NCBI GenBank assembly: GCA_047974415.1
Contig: JBKECH010000002.1
Span: 13,419-77,418, forward strand
Length of the DNA stretch: 64,000 nucleotides
Source: Bacteroidales bacterium
GTDB taxonomy: Bacteria > Bacteroidota > Bacteroidia > Bacteroidales > Prolixibacteraceae
Direction of reading: 5' to 3'
Shown: in pieces, positions 8,920 to 18,513 of the stretch
Numbering within the stretch: position 1 is the first letter of the stretch
Layout of the letters: each line of letters opens with the position of its first letter
Notes under the pieces: generated by a model
Seen by the model: the letters and a program-made list of their open reading frames with translations, nothing else
Database searches by the model: none
Told to the model about the DNA's origin: nothing
Position numbers and translations under genes: made by a program

Positions 8920-10386
8920 ATGGCTGGAGTCAATATAAAAAAAATAAGAGGGATGAAAGAGCTAGAAGACAAGTTGATGGATGAGGTTATTGAGGTGGTG
9001 GCACAGTGCTCGCACAAGCAAGGAGCTGGCGCCTATATAATTGGAGGTTTTGTCCGAGACCTAATGCTTGGACGCCCATCAAAGGACATCGATATTGTTA
9101 CTGAAGGCCGAGGTATAGAACTTGCCGAGATGGTGGCGCATTTGCTGTTGCCAGTTCCGAAGGTATCAGTTTTTAAGACTTACGGTACAGCCATGTTTCG
9201 GCATAAAGATATGGAGTATGAGTTTGTGGGAGCGCGCAAGGAGTCGTACAGAGCCGATTCGCGCAATCCGGATGTAGAACCTGGTACAATTGAAGACGAC
9301 CAAAGGCGGCGAGATTTTACCATTAATGCGCTGGCAATTAGTCTGAACGCCGATAACTACGGCGAGCTTGTAGACCCCTTTGGGGGAATGGAAGACCTGA
9401 GGCAGGGCGTGCTACGTACACCACTCGACCCCGTGGCGACATTCTCGGACGACCCCCTGCGTATGATGCGAGCAATACGTTTTGCAACGCAGCTGAACTT
9501 TCGTATCGCCGATGATGCTATGACTGCCATAAGGGAGCAAAAACAAAGAATCGAAATCATATCCAAAGAACGTATTGCCGACGAACTTAACAAAATAATG
9601 ATGAGCAGAACCCCGTCGGTAGGATTTAAGCTCCTCGACATAACGGGGCTTTTGGAGATAGTCCTACCAGATGTGGCAAGGCTAAAAGGACGCGAGGAAA
9701 TAGATGGCATCGGACATAAAGACGTGTTCTATCATACCTTGCAGGTGCTGGACAAACTCTGCGAGAACTCCGACGACCTCTGGTTGCGCTGGTCGGCATT
9801 GCTTCACGATATCGGCAAGCCACAAACCAAAAGATTTGTGCCCGGAGTAGGGTGGACGTTCTACTCGCACAACTTCGTGGGCGAGAAGATGGTTCCGCGA
9901 ATATTTAGACAAGCGAAACTGCCACAAAACGACAAAATGAAGTTTGTGCAGAAGATGGTAGGATTGCATATGCGCCCAATTGCATTGGTGGAAGACGAGG
10001 TGTCGGACTCTGCCGTGCGTCGTCTGCTCTTTGATGCTGGAAACGACATCGACCAGCTGATGACTCTATGCGAAGCAGACATCACAACAAAAAATGACAA
10101 GAAGGCAGAACACTTCCTTTGCAATTTTAAAAAGGTAAGAACCAAACTTGTAGAAATAGAAGAGAAGGACGCTCTTAGAAACTTCCAACCACCGGTCGAC
10201 GGCGAGGAAATAATGTCGATGTTTGGGCTAGCACCATGCCGCCAAGTTGGCGACTTGAAGGCGGCAATAAAAAATGCAATCCTCGATGGCGACATACCAA
10301 ACAAGAGGGAGCAAGCAATAGAGCTACTGCTGCAAAAAGCAAAGGAAATGGGCATCGAGGCAAAAGATGAAAACTCAGAACCTTGA
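8920..10386 (+). CDS. cca: tRNA nucleotidyltransferase / poly(A) polymerase family protein with HD domain (CCA-adding enzyme-like)
   Basis: [19 protein letters not shown] (GGxVRD...DxD), RRDFTINAL, and HD motif LLHDIGKP. The start is uncertain (ATG 8920 or 8953; the track start at 8881 is TTG). Confidence 0.82.
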   Translation: MAGVNIKKIRGMKELEDKLMDEVIEVVAQCSHKQGAGAYIIGGFVRDLMLGRPSKDIDIVTEGRGIELAEMVAHLLLPVPKVSVFKTYGTAMFRHKDMEYEFVGARKESYRADSRNPDVEPGTIEDDQRRRDFTINALAISLNADNYGELVDPFGGMEDLRQGVLRTPLDPVATFSDDPLRMMRAIRFATQLNFRIADDAMTAIREQKQRIEIISKERIADELNKIMMSRTPSVGFKLLDITGLLEIVLPDVARLKGREEIDGIGHKDVFYHTLQVLDKLCENSDDLWLRWSALLHDIGKPQTKRFVPGVGWTFYSHNFVGEKMVPRIFRQAKLPQNDKMKFVQKMVGLHMRPIALVEDEVSDSAVRRLLFDAGNDIDQLMTLCEADITTKNDKKAEHFLCNFKKVRTKLVEIEEKDALRNFQPPVDGEEIMSMFGLAPCRQVGDLKAAIKNAILDGDIPNKREQAIELLLQKAKEMGIEAKDENSEP

Positions 10387-10449
10387 CGCACGACTCTTGA
10401 CTTCCTGACGCACGATTCTCGACTTCTGACTTTATGAACAAACACTAGC

Positions 10450-10598
10450 TAGTGGCTGTCCATAATGTCAAGAGTCTGAACTATAAAGTTAAATATCAAG
10501 GCTTGTCGTTCTGTATACTGAGAGTTTGTGAATTGGGAGTTTACTTGTATTCGCAAAGTGAGCATAACGCAAATATTTGACTTCATAGACGAACTCTA
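10450..10598 (+). mobile_element. MITE-like repeat family 1, copy 2 (short form, forward)
   Basis: TAGTGGCTGTCCATAATGTCAAGAGTCTGAACTATAAAGTTAAATATCAAGG...GCATAACGCAAATATTTGACTTCATAGACGAACTCTA. The terminal CTA is the complement of the AraC gene stop codon. Confidence 0.88.
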
Positions 10599-11468
10599 GT
10601 TAAAAAGCTCTTTCTGCTTTAAGTAGCTACCCGGATTCAGACCCATTACTTTCTTAAATTGCCTGTTGAAATACGACAAATTGTTGTATCCGCAATTAAA
10701 GCAAACCTCCGAAATGGACAGGTTGCCCTCGATGAGCAACTTGCAAGCAAAGCCAATGCGCACTTCGTTAATAAACTCAGTTATGGACTTTCTGGTTTTC
10801 TGTCTGAAAAACCGACATAGCGATGCGGGTGTCATGTTGGCAAGCAATGCCAAGTCTTTCAGTTTTATTTCCTTGTCAAAATTCGACAATACATAGTCGT
10901 GAATCTTATCAATGCGCCTAGAATGATGTTTTTGGTAATGTTCTGCAAATGGAATGCTCGACAAAATAGTCTCATCCTCCACTTGCGCCAATTCGTTTAG
11001 CAGAGTCAGCAAACTTGTCAGCCGTTCAAATGCTGATTGTTGCAACATCTGGTGCAGGCTTTGCTTAACGAGATGCTTCGCCGATAGATTATAGCTAATG
11101 CCTCGTGCCGATAAGCCAATGAGCCTCCTGATGGAAGACATCTCGGGTAGCTCCCATAAACCATCGCCCATGAAGTTTGCCCCGAAATGTAGAACAATGG
11201 CACTAACCTTCTTCTTGGAATCTTTTCTAAAATAACTATCATCACTTCGCCATACATGTGGCAAGCTGGCACCTAGCAATACTAAGTCGCCACTGACAAA
11301 CCTCGATATATCGTCGCCAATAAAACGAGTACCCTCGCCCTCGATAATGTAAACCAGTTCCAGCTCGGAATGATAATGCCAATGGTCGTGGAACATCGGT
11401 TGCTTGTCCTCGCGTATGGCAATGGACTGATTGGGTTGCTTGGTGAGCTTGAAATACTGAGCTTGCAT
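10596..11468 (-). CDS. AraC family transcriptional regulator (N-terminal cupin-type sensor, C-terminal double HTH)
   Basis: HWHYHSELELVYIIEGEG cupin-like N-terminus. The C-terminal LCRFFRQKTRKSITEFINEVRIGFACKLL...GYNNLSYFNRQFKKVMGLNPGSY is an AraC signature. The gene is divergent from the GH2/SusCD cluster. Confidence 0.88.
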   Translation of the reverse strand: MQAQYFKLTKQPNQSIAIREDKQPMFHDHWHYHSELELVYIIEGEGTRFIGDDISRFVSGDLVLLGASLPHVWRSDDSYFRKDSKKKVSAIVLHFGANFMGDGLWELPEMSSIRRLIGLSARGISYNLSAKHLVKQSLHQMLQQSAFERLTSLLTLLNELAQVEDETILSSIPFAEHYQKHHSRRIDKIHDYVLSNFDKEIKLKDLALLANMTPASLCRFFRQKTRKSITEFINEVRIGFACKLLIEGNLSISEVCFNCGYNNLSYFNRQFKKVMGLNPGSYLKQKELFN

Positions 11469-11701
11469 GTAACTTTTCTTTGTTAGTGTAATTGGTTGAT
11501 CCTCGAATTTGAAGCAAATTTACCCTTAATTACTTAATCGTGAAAAAATAGTTCAAGTTACAGGTAAAATTATTCTAGTAACCGCTTTGGTAATGTTGTA
11601 GTTTTGTAAGAGCAATGTAAAGCTTAAGTGACGGTTTGAGCGTGGCGTGCTCCACTTGGAACTTTGTGAGGTGCCACAATTATTTGAAAATCAAAAAATA
11701 A

Positions 11702-14635
11702 ATGATTATGATAAAAACTAAGAACACGTTAATTTATCTGCTTCTGTCCATGTTGTATACTAGTAGTATTTACGGGCAGCTGACAGTTGCTCCACATCGA
11801 TTATCTGTCGAGCCGACAATAGTGAGCCTAAATGGGAGGTGGAACTTCCATCTGTCTTATACAAAACCCTTGTCCGAAGTTGGAAAAGAAGCCGACAGAT
11901 GGTCTACAATAGAAGTGCCAGGCGAGTGGGCAATGCAAGGCTTTGAAGTTGAAGCAGGCAAGGCTGGAGTTTACTCTCGCACGTTTGACGTGCCAAAATC
12001 GTGGAAAGACCATAAGGTATTTGTGCGTTGCGATGCAGTTTTTAGTGCTGCCAAGCTCTTTGTTAATGGCAAAGCCACTGGCACGCACACCGGCCCGATG
12101 GTGGCTTTTGAAAAAGAAATTAGCGCATGGTTAGAATATGGCAAAGAAAATAGAATAAGCATTGCCGTAACTGCCGAAACAATGGCAGATACTCTGATGT
12201 CTGGAACTCAATACGCCGCCCATCAGCTGGGAGGGATTGTGCGTAAAATATATCTGTATGCAGTGCCAAAGGTCTATTTGTCGGACTTGGTAGTAAGCAC
12301 ACCTTTCGATGCTGACTACGAAAATGCAAAACTAAATATCAACGCAAAGCTAAATAATGACGCCTCGCTTACTAGTGCTGAAGTGTCGGTGCGACTGTTC
12401 GACCTTAGTGGCAAGCTGGTGGCAATGCCAAATGCAAAGCAAAATATAAAAATAGATGCTCAAGAAACCCCACTCTCTTTGTCATTCCCAATAATGAAAC
12501 CTCTGAAATGGGACGCCGAGCATCCCCATCTATATAAATTGGAACTAGAACTTAAAACCTCTGCTGGCACGGAAACCATTATCAGGAAAATAGGCTTCAG
12601 GAAAATTGAGGTGGTAGGGAATCAACTCTTTGTAAATGGAACAGCAGTGAAGCTGAAAGGGGTGAATAGGCACGAGGTGCACCCCTTGCTGGGGCGTAGT
12701 CTTACACCCGATCTGTGGTGGCAAGATGCCAAGCTGTTTAAGCAAGCAAACGTAAATTACATCAGGACTTCGCACTATCCTCCTGCCAGGGAGTTTATAG
12801 AACTCTGCGACAGCATTGGGCTGTATGTGGAACTCGAAAATCCAATATGTTGGGTGGGGCATGGTGCAAATGCACATTGGGTAAAGAACAACCCTAAAGA
12901 TGATGGCTTTTACAAGTATTTTGAACAGATTGCTAGTGCCGACTTGAGCTTTTTCCGAAACCATGCCAGCATCATAATCTGGTCGATGGCAAACGAATCA
13001 ATGTGGACAGAGAACTGGTCTAAACTTGCCGACTTCTATGCAAAGGAAGACCCTACACGCCCAGCCTCTTTTCATGATCAAGCATACGGCGGATTTAATA
13101 ACTACGGTAGTGGGAAGATGCCGGTTGCCAATATTCACTACCCCGGAGCAGACGGTGCTAGTATTGCCGAAGACTTTGAGCGCCCACTCTTGTTTGGCGA
13201 ATATGCCCACCTGAATACCTACAACCGCGAGGAGATTGTAACCGACCCCGGAGTGCGCGATGCGTGGGGTAGGGGCTTTCGTAGCATGTGGGAGAAAATG
13301 TATAAAAGCCGCGGTTGCCTTGGTGGCGCTATCTGGTCTGGTATCGACGATGTGTTCTATCTCCCCGACGGACGGGCGGTTGGCTATGGGGAATGGGGAC
13401 CAATAGACGGCTGGCGACGCAAAAAACCAGAGTACTACCACATGAAGAAGAGCTACTCGCCCGTGAGAATACATAACCGACATGTCGCCCTGCCAAAGGA
13501 TGGTCAGCCCATACGTCTGCAAATAGAAAATCGTTTCGATTTTACAAACCTAAACGAGTGCCAAATTTATTGGGAGCTCGACGGCGAAAAGGGAACACTT
13601 AAGATGAATCTGCCTGCTAAGAAGACTGGAATCCTAGATCTCTACCCAAAGACAAGAGACCTGAACGGCAAAATACTTATGCTTCGCATAGTGTCTCCTC
13701 AGGGTATAGAGGTGGAGGCGTGTGCGGTGGAAATAGGAGCTGTGAAACGAGACGATTTCCCTTTCCAGAAAATATCGACTTCTGAGCTTGAAACTATTCA
13801 GGCGGAGCATGAACTAGAAATAGTTGGACGTGATTTTAAGTGGTCGTTCGATCTGACAAATGGAGTGCTAAGCAGTGCAAATGTCGATGGCGAGCAAGTA
13901 TTAAACGGTGGAGCAGAGCTAATGATGCTCGACCTGAGAACAGGACCATGCAACACGGAACATAGCCTAGAAATACCAACCCACAACTCTCTGTGTACAA
14001 ACAAGGAAGTGAAAAGGGTAGAGTGGAAGCAGGTGAAGGATACTGTGCGAGTTGTGGTGGAAGTAAACTATAAACAGGCCGAGGGTGAAATAATTTACTC
14101 CTTTGCGGCAGGTGGCAATTTGAAAGTAGACTACAAAATGAAATCGAAGTTAAAGATGGACCCTCGACAATGGGGACTCGTATTCTCAGTTCCTAAAGAA
14201 TCTGAAAATTTGCAGTGGTATCGCAAAGGACTGTGGAGTTGGTATCCTGACAATCACATTGGTCGTACCAATGGTAAGGCAGTACCTTTTAGTGATAAAG
14301 CTCTGCGCATAGAATCGTTCGGACAAGAGCCCAAAGACGCTTGGTGCTTTGATGCCACCTCGCTAGGTACTAATGATTTTAGGGCTACTCGCGAGAACAT
14401 ATACTGGGCAGCTCTTTCAAATTCGGCAGGGCGTGGGCTTACCGTTCTTTCTGACGGCACGCATGCTTTTCGGGCTTTTGTAGACGGCGCCGAGAAGATT
14501 AGCTTCCTAGTAGCAGGCTACTCGACAGGTGGTGGCGACCTATTTTTTAGTGGGCATTATGCCAAAGAACGTAAAAGCTTGGAGGAAGGTAGCGAGTTCG
14601 GATCGTCGGCAACATTGCAATTGGTGAAGAAATAA
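11702..14635 (+). CDS. Glycoside hydrolase family 2 (beta-galactosidase-like), secreted, 977 aa
   Basis: Signal peptide; NYIRTSHYPP, IIWSMANES (acid/base NE) and LFGEYAHLN (nucleophile E) motifs. Confidence 0.88.
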   Translation: MIMIKTKNTLIYLLLSMLYTSSIYGQLTVAPHRLSVEPTIVSLNGRWNFHLSYTKPLSEVGKEADRWSTIEVPGEWAMQGFEVEAGKAGVYSRTFDVPKSWKDHKVFVRCDAVFSAAKLFVNGKATGTHTGPMVAFEKEISAWLEYGKENRISIAVTAETMADTLMSGTQYAAHQLGGIVRKIYLYAVPKVYLSDLVVSTPFDADYENAKLNINAKLNNDASLTSAEVSVRLFDLSGKLVAMPNAKQNIKIDAQETPLSLSFPIMKPLKWDAEHPHLYKLELELKTSAGTETIIRKIGFRKIEVVGNQLFVNGTAVKLKGVNRHEVHPLLGRSLTPDLWWQDAKLFKQANVNYIRTSHYPPAREFIELCDSIGLYVELENPICWVGHGANAHWVKNNPKDDGFYKYFEQIASADLSFFRNHASIIIWSMANESMWTENWSKLADFYAKEDPTRPASFHDQAYGGFNNYGSGKMPVANIHYPGADGASIAEDFERPLLFGEYAHLNTYNREEIVTDPGVRDAWGRGFRSMWEKMYKSRGCLGGAIWSGIDDVFYLPDGRAVGYGEWGPIDGWRRKKPEYYHMKKSYSPVRIHNRHVALPKDGQPIRLQIENRFDFTNLNECQIYWELDGEKGTLKMNLPAKKTGILDLYPKTRDLNGKILMLRIVSPQGIEVEACAVEIGAVKRDDFPFQKISTSELETIQAEHELEIVGRDFKWSFDLTNGVLSSANVDGEQVLNGGAELMMLDLRTGPCNTEHSLEIPTHNSLCTNKEVKRVEWKQVKDTVRVVVEVNYKQAEGEIIYSFAAGGNLKVDYKMKSKLKMDPRQWGLVFSVPKESENLQWYRKGLWSWYPDNHIGRTNGKAVPFSDKALRIESFGQEPKDAWCFDATSLGTNDFRATRENIYWAALSNSAGRGLTVLSDGTHAFRAFVDGAEKISFLVAGYSTGGGDLFFSGHYAKERKSLEEGSEFGSSATLQLVKK

Positions 14636-14672
14636 AGAGAACATAGAAATAAATATAAACAGATTAAACCTC

Positions 14673-14777
14673 CATGCAGTAGGCTATAGGCTGTAAGCTA
14701 TAAGCCTAACTACACATAGGAGGATGATTATAAACCAGCAAAAGCATAAAGCCAAAGGCTTACAGCTTATTGCAGAA
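14673..14777 (+). repeat. Repeat family 2 copy, ending 10 nt upstream of the GH2-2 start codon
   Basis: CATGCAGTAGGCTATAGGCTGTAAGCTATAAGCCTAAC...GGCTTACAGCTTATTGCAGAA, then CTTTAAAAAA, then ATGAAA. Confidence 0.85.
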
Positions 14778-14787
14778 CTTTAAAAAA

Positions 14788-17703
14788 ATGAAAAGTATAA
14801 GCCTGATAGTATCAGTATTGTTAAGTGCTTTGATAGTGCAAGCACAATTTACATTCGACCAGAAGAAGTTGGCAACAATTCGATGGTCTCCTGTTCCGAA
14901 AGAGTTTAAGGGGCTTGAAGATTTTAAAATCAGCCTTGATGGGACATGGAAGTTTAGCCCCTCGCCTGAAGAATCTTTCCAAGAAAAGAATGATGCAAGC
15001 TCATGGCAAGATATCGAAGTGCCCGGAGAATGGGTGATGCAAGGTTTTGAGGTGGATGCAGGTAAGTCTGCAGCTTACCACAGAACATTTAGTGTGCCAA
15101 GTAGTTGGGAAGGATGCCGTATCAAGTTGAAGTGCGAAGCTGTCTATAGTGAATGTACAATCTGGATTAACGGACAAATGGTTGGAGGGCATCTGGGAGG
15201 TTTTACAGCCTTTGAGCTTGATATTACTGACGCTGTGAAGAAGGGAACAAACACCATTGCCATGTCTGTTCGTAGCGAGAGTGTTGTGGATACTTTGTCG
15301 TCGGGATCGCAGTATGCTGTACATCCCTTGGGAGGAATTTCGCGCTCTATATATTTGGTGGCACTTCCTGACGTGAACATTGCCTCTATGCATGTGCAAA
15401 CATCTTTCGACAAATTGTATGAGAATGCTGTTTTAGAAACAGAAATCAACTTGGCAAACGAAGCCTCGACGGGGCGTACAGCCGTTTTGCACTTTCTTCT
15501 TACCGATGCAAATGGCACTAAGGTTTCTTTCGACGGAGAGGCGCAAATGACTGTCGATGTTGAGAAAGGGATGCAAACGGCAATTAAAATGAAGATGGAT
15601 GTAACAAAGCCCAAGAAATGGGATGCCGAACATCCCAACTTGTATTACCTGAATTGTACGCTCTTTGTAGACGGTAAAGAGCAGACGACTGTTTCTCGGC
15701 GCTTTGGATTTAGGCAGATTGAGGTGCGAGGCAATCAGGTGTTTGTTAATAATATGCCCATCAAGTTGCGAGGAGTCTGCCGACATGAGGTTCACCCTTT
15801 GCGAGGCCGCTCTTTGAATGGCAATCAATGGTATGAGGATGTGAAAATCTTTCGCGAAGGCAATGTGAATTACATACGAACTTCTCACTACCCACCCAGC
15901 GAGAAACTTTTGGAAGCCTGCGACGAGCTGGGGATGTTTGTTGAGGTGGAGGGACCGTTTTGTTGGGCAAGTAAAAAGAACGTGAACAACTCAAATTATT
16001 TTGAAGCTATTGTACAGCCAGTCCTCGAGATGGTGGAGATAAACAAATCTCATCCCTCAGTTTTGATATGGTCAATAGCAAACGAATCCTATGACTTTGA
16101 TGATCTCTTCAAAGAAACGTCAGACCTTGTAAAGAAAGCAGACCCCTCAAGACCTAGGAATTTTAGTCAATACGGACCCGACGGCGATGGCGGATATTTG
16201 GAAATTGCAAACAACCACTACCCCGGACCAGGAGGCCCAGAGAAGTATAAGAACTACGAGCGCCCAATTACCTTCGATGAGTATTGCCACCTGAACGCCT
16301 ACAACCGTTTTGAGTTGATGACAGACCCTGGTATTCGCGACTATTGGGGAGATATCCTCTATCATATGTGGGAGAATATGTATGCATCCAAAGGTGTGCT
16401 AGGTGGGGCTTTGTGGGCCGGTATAGACGATTCGTTCTTCTTGCCGTCGGGCAAGGTTGTGGGATATGGAACATGGGGACCAATAGATGGTTGGCGAAGA
16501 CCTAAACCTGAGTATTGGCACATGAAGAAAATATATTCGCCTGTGAAAATCAAACTCATCAACGGCGTTGGAGATAAGGCAGTAAAACTCTCGATAGAAA
16601 ATCGCTTTTTCTTTTCTAATCTGAATGAGTGTCGCATTGAGTGGAGTAACAATAAAGAAAAAGGGCAGTTGTCTGTCGATGCGCAAGCCGGAGCGAGTAT
16701 AGAAGCGACATTGCCATTTAGCTACGATAAGCTGGAGAATTTAAAGCTAAGGGTATATAAGGATAGTGAAGTTCCTGTTGATGAGTATTCTTTCGACCTT
16801 TCCACTCCTAATATTGAAGAACATAAAGAGACTGACGATGAGTTTCATTGGAGCACAAAAGGAAGTACGCAACTTGCCGTTAGCAACAAGATAAGAGTTG
16901 AGATAGGAAATAGAGCTTTGCAAGTTTACGATTCTAAGGGTAACAAGGTCATGGATGGATTTCCAACGCTCATGTTGGTATCTGCCAATGACAAAGGCGA
17001 TACGCAGATGACAAAGCAAACTCCCGACTACACTTTGTACTCGCCAACGGCGTCTAATCGTCGTATTCATTCCATCGACCTTACTAAGAACGACGAGGGT
17101 AGTTTTACTGTCAGTCTTACAGAGGGCTACGATGAAGCCGTAGGTACATTGCAAATGCATTTCTCTGCCGATGGTGCGATAAACATGGACTACTCCTACT
17201 CGATGATGAAGAATGAAAACTTCAGGCAGTGGGGTCTTGCCCTAAGACTGCCAGAGAATTTTACGAAGTTGAGATGGGAAAGAAAAGGATTGTGGACAGT
17301 ATATCCCAAGGATCATATAGGACGTCTTGCGGGTGAAGCTCTGTTAACGTACAGCCACGATTTGTGTGGTTTGGCAGGACCATCCAAACAACCTAACTAT
17401 GCCTACAACCAAGACCAAACGCAATATGGTAGCAATGATTTTCGCTCCACAAAACGCAATGTTTATAGAGCATCATTAAGTTCCACCAAGCATAGTAGTC
17501 TAAACCTGCTGTCGGATGGAAGTCAGCATGTACGTAGCTGGTCGGAAGCTGGAAGTGTTCATTGGCTGATTGCTGATTACGACAATCCTGGGTCGGAACG
17601 ATTCCTCCGGGGATATAGCTCGCACGCCAGACTGTATGACATTCCCCTTACACGAGGACAGAAGATTAGTAGCTCTATAAGACTGAAAATTACAAACGAA
17701 TAA
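14788..17703 (+). CDS. Glycoside hydrolase family 2 (beta-galactosidase-like) paralog, secreted, ~971 aa
   Basis: Same architecture and motifs as the upstream gene (NYIRTSHYPP, LIWSIANES, TFDEYCHLN). ATG at 14788 (MKSISLIVSVLLSALIVQAQ) is preferred to the TTG at 14770. Confidence 0.88.
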   Translation: MKSISLIVSVLLSALIVQAQFTFDQKKLATIRWSPVPKEFKGLEDFKISLDGTWKFSPSPEESFQEKNDASSWQDIEVPGEWVMQGFEVDAGKSAAYHRTFSVPSSWEGCRIKLKCEAVYSECTIWINGQMVGGHLGGFTAFELDITDAVKKGTNTIAMSVRSESVVDTLSSGSQYAVHPLGGISRSIYLVALPDVNIASMHVQTSFDKLYENAVLETEINLANEASTGRTAVLHFLLTDANGTKVSFDGEAQMTVDVEKGMQTAIKMKMDVTKPKKWDAEHPNLYYLNCTLFVDGKEQTTVSRRFGFRQIEVRGNQVFVNNMPIKLRGVCRHEVHPLRGRSLNGNQWYEDVKIFREGNVNYIRTSHYPPSEKLLEACDELGMFVEVEGPFCWASKKNVNNSNYFEAIVQPVLEMVEINKSHPSVLIWSIANESYDFDDLFKETSDLVKKADPSRPRNFSQYGPDGDGGYLEIANNHYPGPGGPEKYKNYERPITFDEYCHLNAYNRFELMTDPGIRDYWGDILYHMWENMYASKGVLGGALWAGIDDSFFLPSGKVVGYGTWGPIDGWRRPKPEYWHMKKIYSPVKIKLINGVGDKAVKLSIENRFFFSNLNECRIEWSNNKEKGQLSVDAQAGASIEATLPFSYDKLENLKLRVYKDSEVPVDEYSFDLSTPNIEEHKETDDEFHWSTKGSTQLAVSNKIRVEIGNRALQVYDSKGNKVMDGFPTLMLVSANDKGDTQMTKQTPDYTLYSPTASNRRIHSIDLTKNDEGSFTVSLTEGYDEAVGTLQMHFSADGAINMDYSYSMMKNENFRQWGLALRLPENFTKLRWERKGLWTVYPKDHIGRLAGEALLTYSHDLCGLAGPSKQPNYAYNQDQTQYGSNDFRSTKRNVYRASLSSTKHSSLNLLSDGSQHVRSWSEAGSVHWLIADYDNPGSERFLRGYSSHARLYDIPLTRGQKISSSIRLKITNE

Positions 17704-17708
17704 TTACA

Positions 17709-18407
17709 ATGACTGTAAATAATTGGAAAAACGATGAAGAGCTTTTCGGGTTTATCCGTAATGAGCTCTATACGGCTGTGGTTGGTGATATAATGGACAA
17801 GATGGGACTAATCCATCAGTTTCTTCCACCACAAATCAGACCCTTGAAAGAAAAGATGATGCTTGTAGGGCGAGCAATGCCAGTGTTGGAGGCAGATTGT
17901 TTTGAGGAGTTGAGTCCTGACTCGCAAAACCCATTGATGAACAAAGCTTTTGGATTGATGCTGGAAGCTCTAGACGATATAAAGCCAGGAGAGGTCTATA
18001 TCTGTTCAGGTTCTTCGCCATCGTATGCGCTTGTTGGCGAATTGATGCTTACACGTGTTAAGATGTGTGGTGGTGTTGGAGCTGTTGTTAATGGTTATTC
18101 GCGAGACACACATGGGATATACGACGTTGGCTTGCCAGTGTTCTCCTACGGACCTTATTCGCAAGATCAAGCTCCTCGCGGAAAGGTAATGGACTTTCGA
18201 GTTCCCATAGAAATGAACGGAGTGCGCATTGAGCCAGGAGACATTGTCTTTGGCGACATAGATGGGGTTTGTGTTGTTCCGAAATCAGCAGAAAACGAGG
18301 TGTTTTGCAAAGCTCTGGAAAAAGCTCGGGGCGAGCGAACAGTATTGAAAGCCATTCAGGGAGGAATGGGCGCTGTAGAGGCATGGAATAAATACCAAAT
18401 AATGTAG
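17709..18407 (+). CDS. RraA-like family protein (class II pyruvate aldolase / oxaloacetate decarboxylase fold)
   Basis: 232 aa; GELMLTRVKMCGGVGAVVNGYSRD and GDIVFGDIDGVCVVP resemble RraA/HMG-CHA aldolase family blocks. The start is 5 nt after the GH2-2 stop. Confidence 0.7.
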   Translation: MTVNNWKNDEELFGFIRNELYTAVVGDIMDKMGLIHQFLPPQIRPLKEKMMLVGRAMPVLEADCFEELSPDSQNPLMNKAFGLMLEALDDIKPGEVYICSGSSPSYALVGELMLTRVKMCGGVGAVVNGYSRDTHGIYDVGLPVFSYGPYSQDQAPRGKVMDFRVPIEMNGVRIEPGDIVFGDIDGVCVVPKSAENEVFCKALEKARGERTVLKAIQGGMGAVEAWNKYQIM

Positions 18408-18513
18408 TTTGTGGACATACAATATAACGATTAAGAAGAAGAAAAATAAATATTGAAAAACTGGCTGCCAGCTTGAAGCAATAGACTAGTGCTGGCAGAT
18501 AAATATTGCATAC

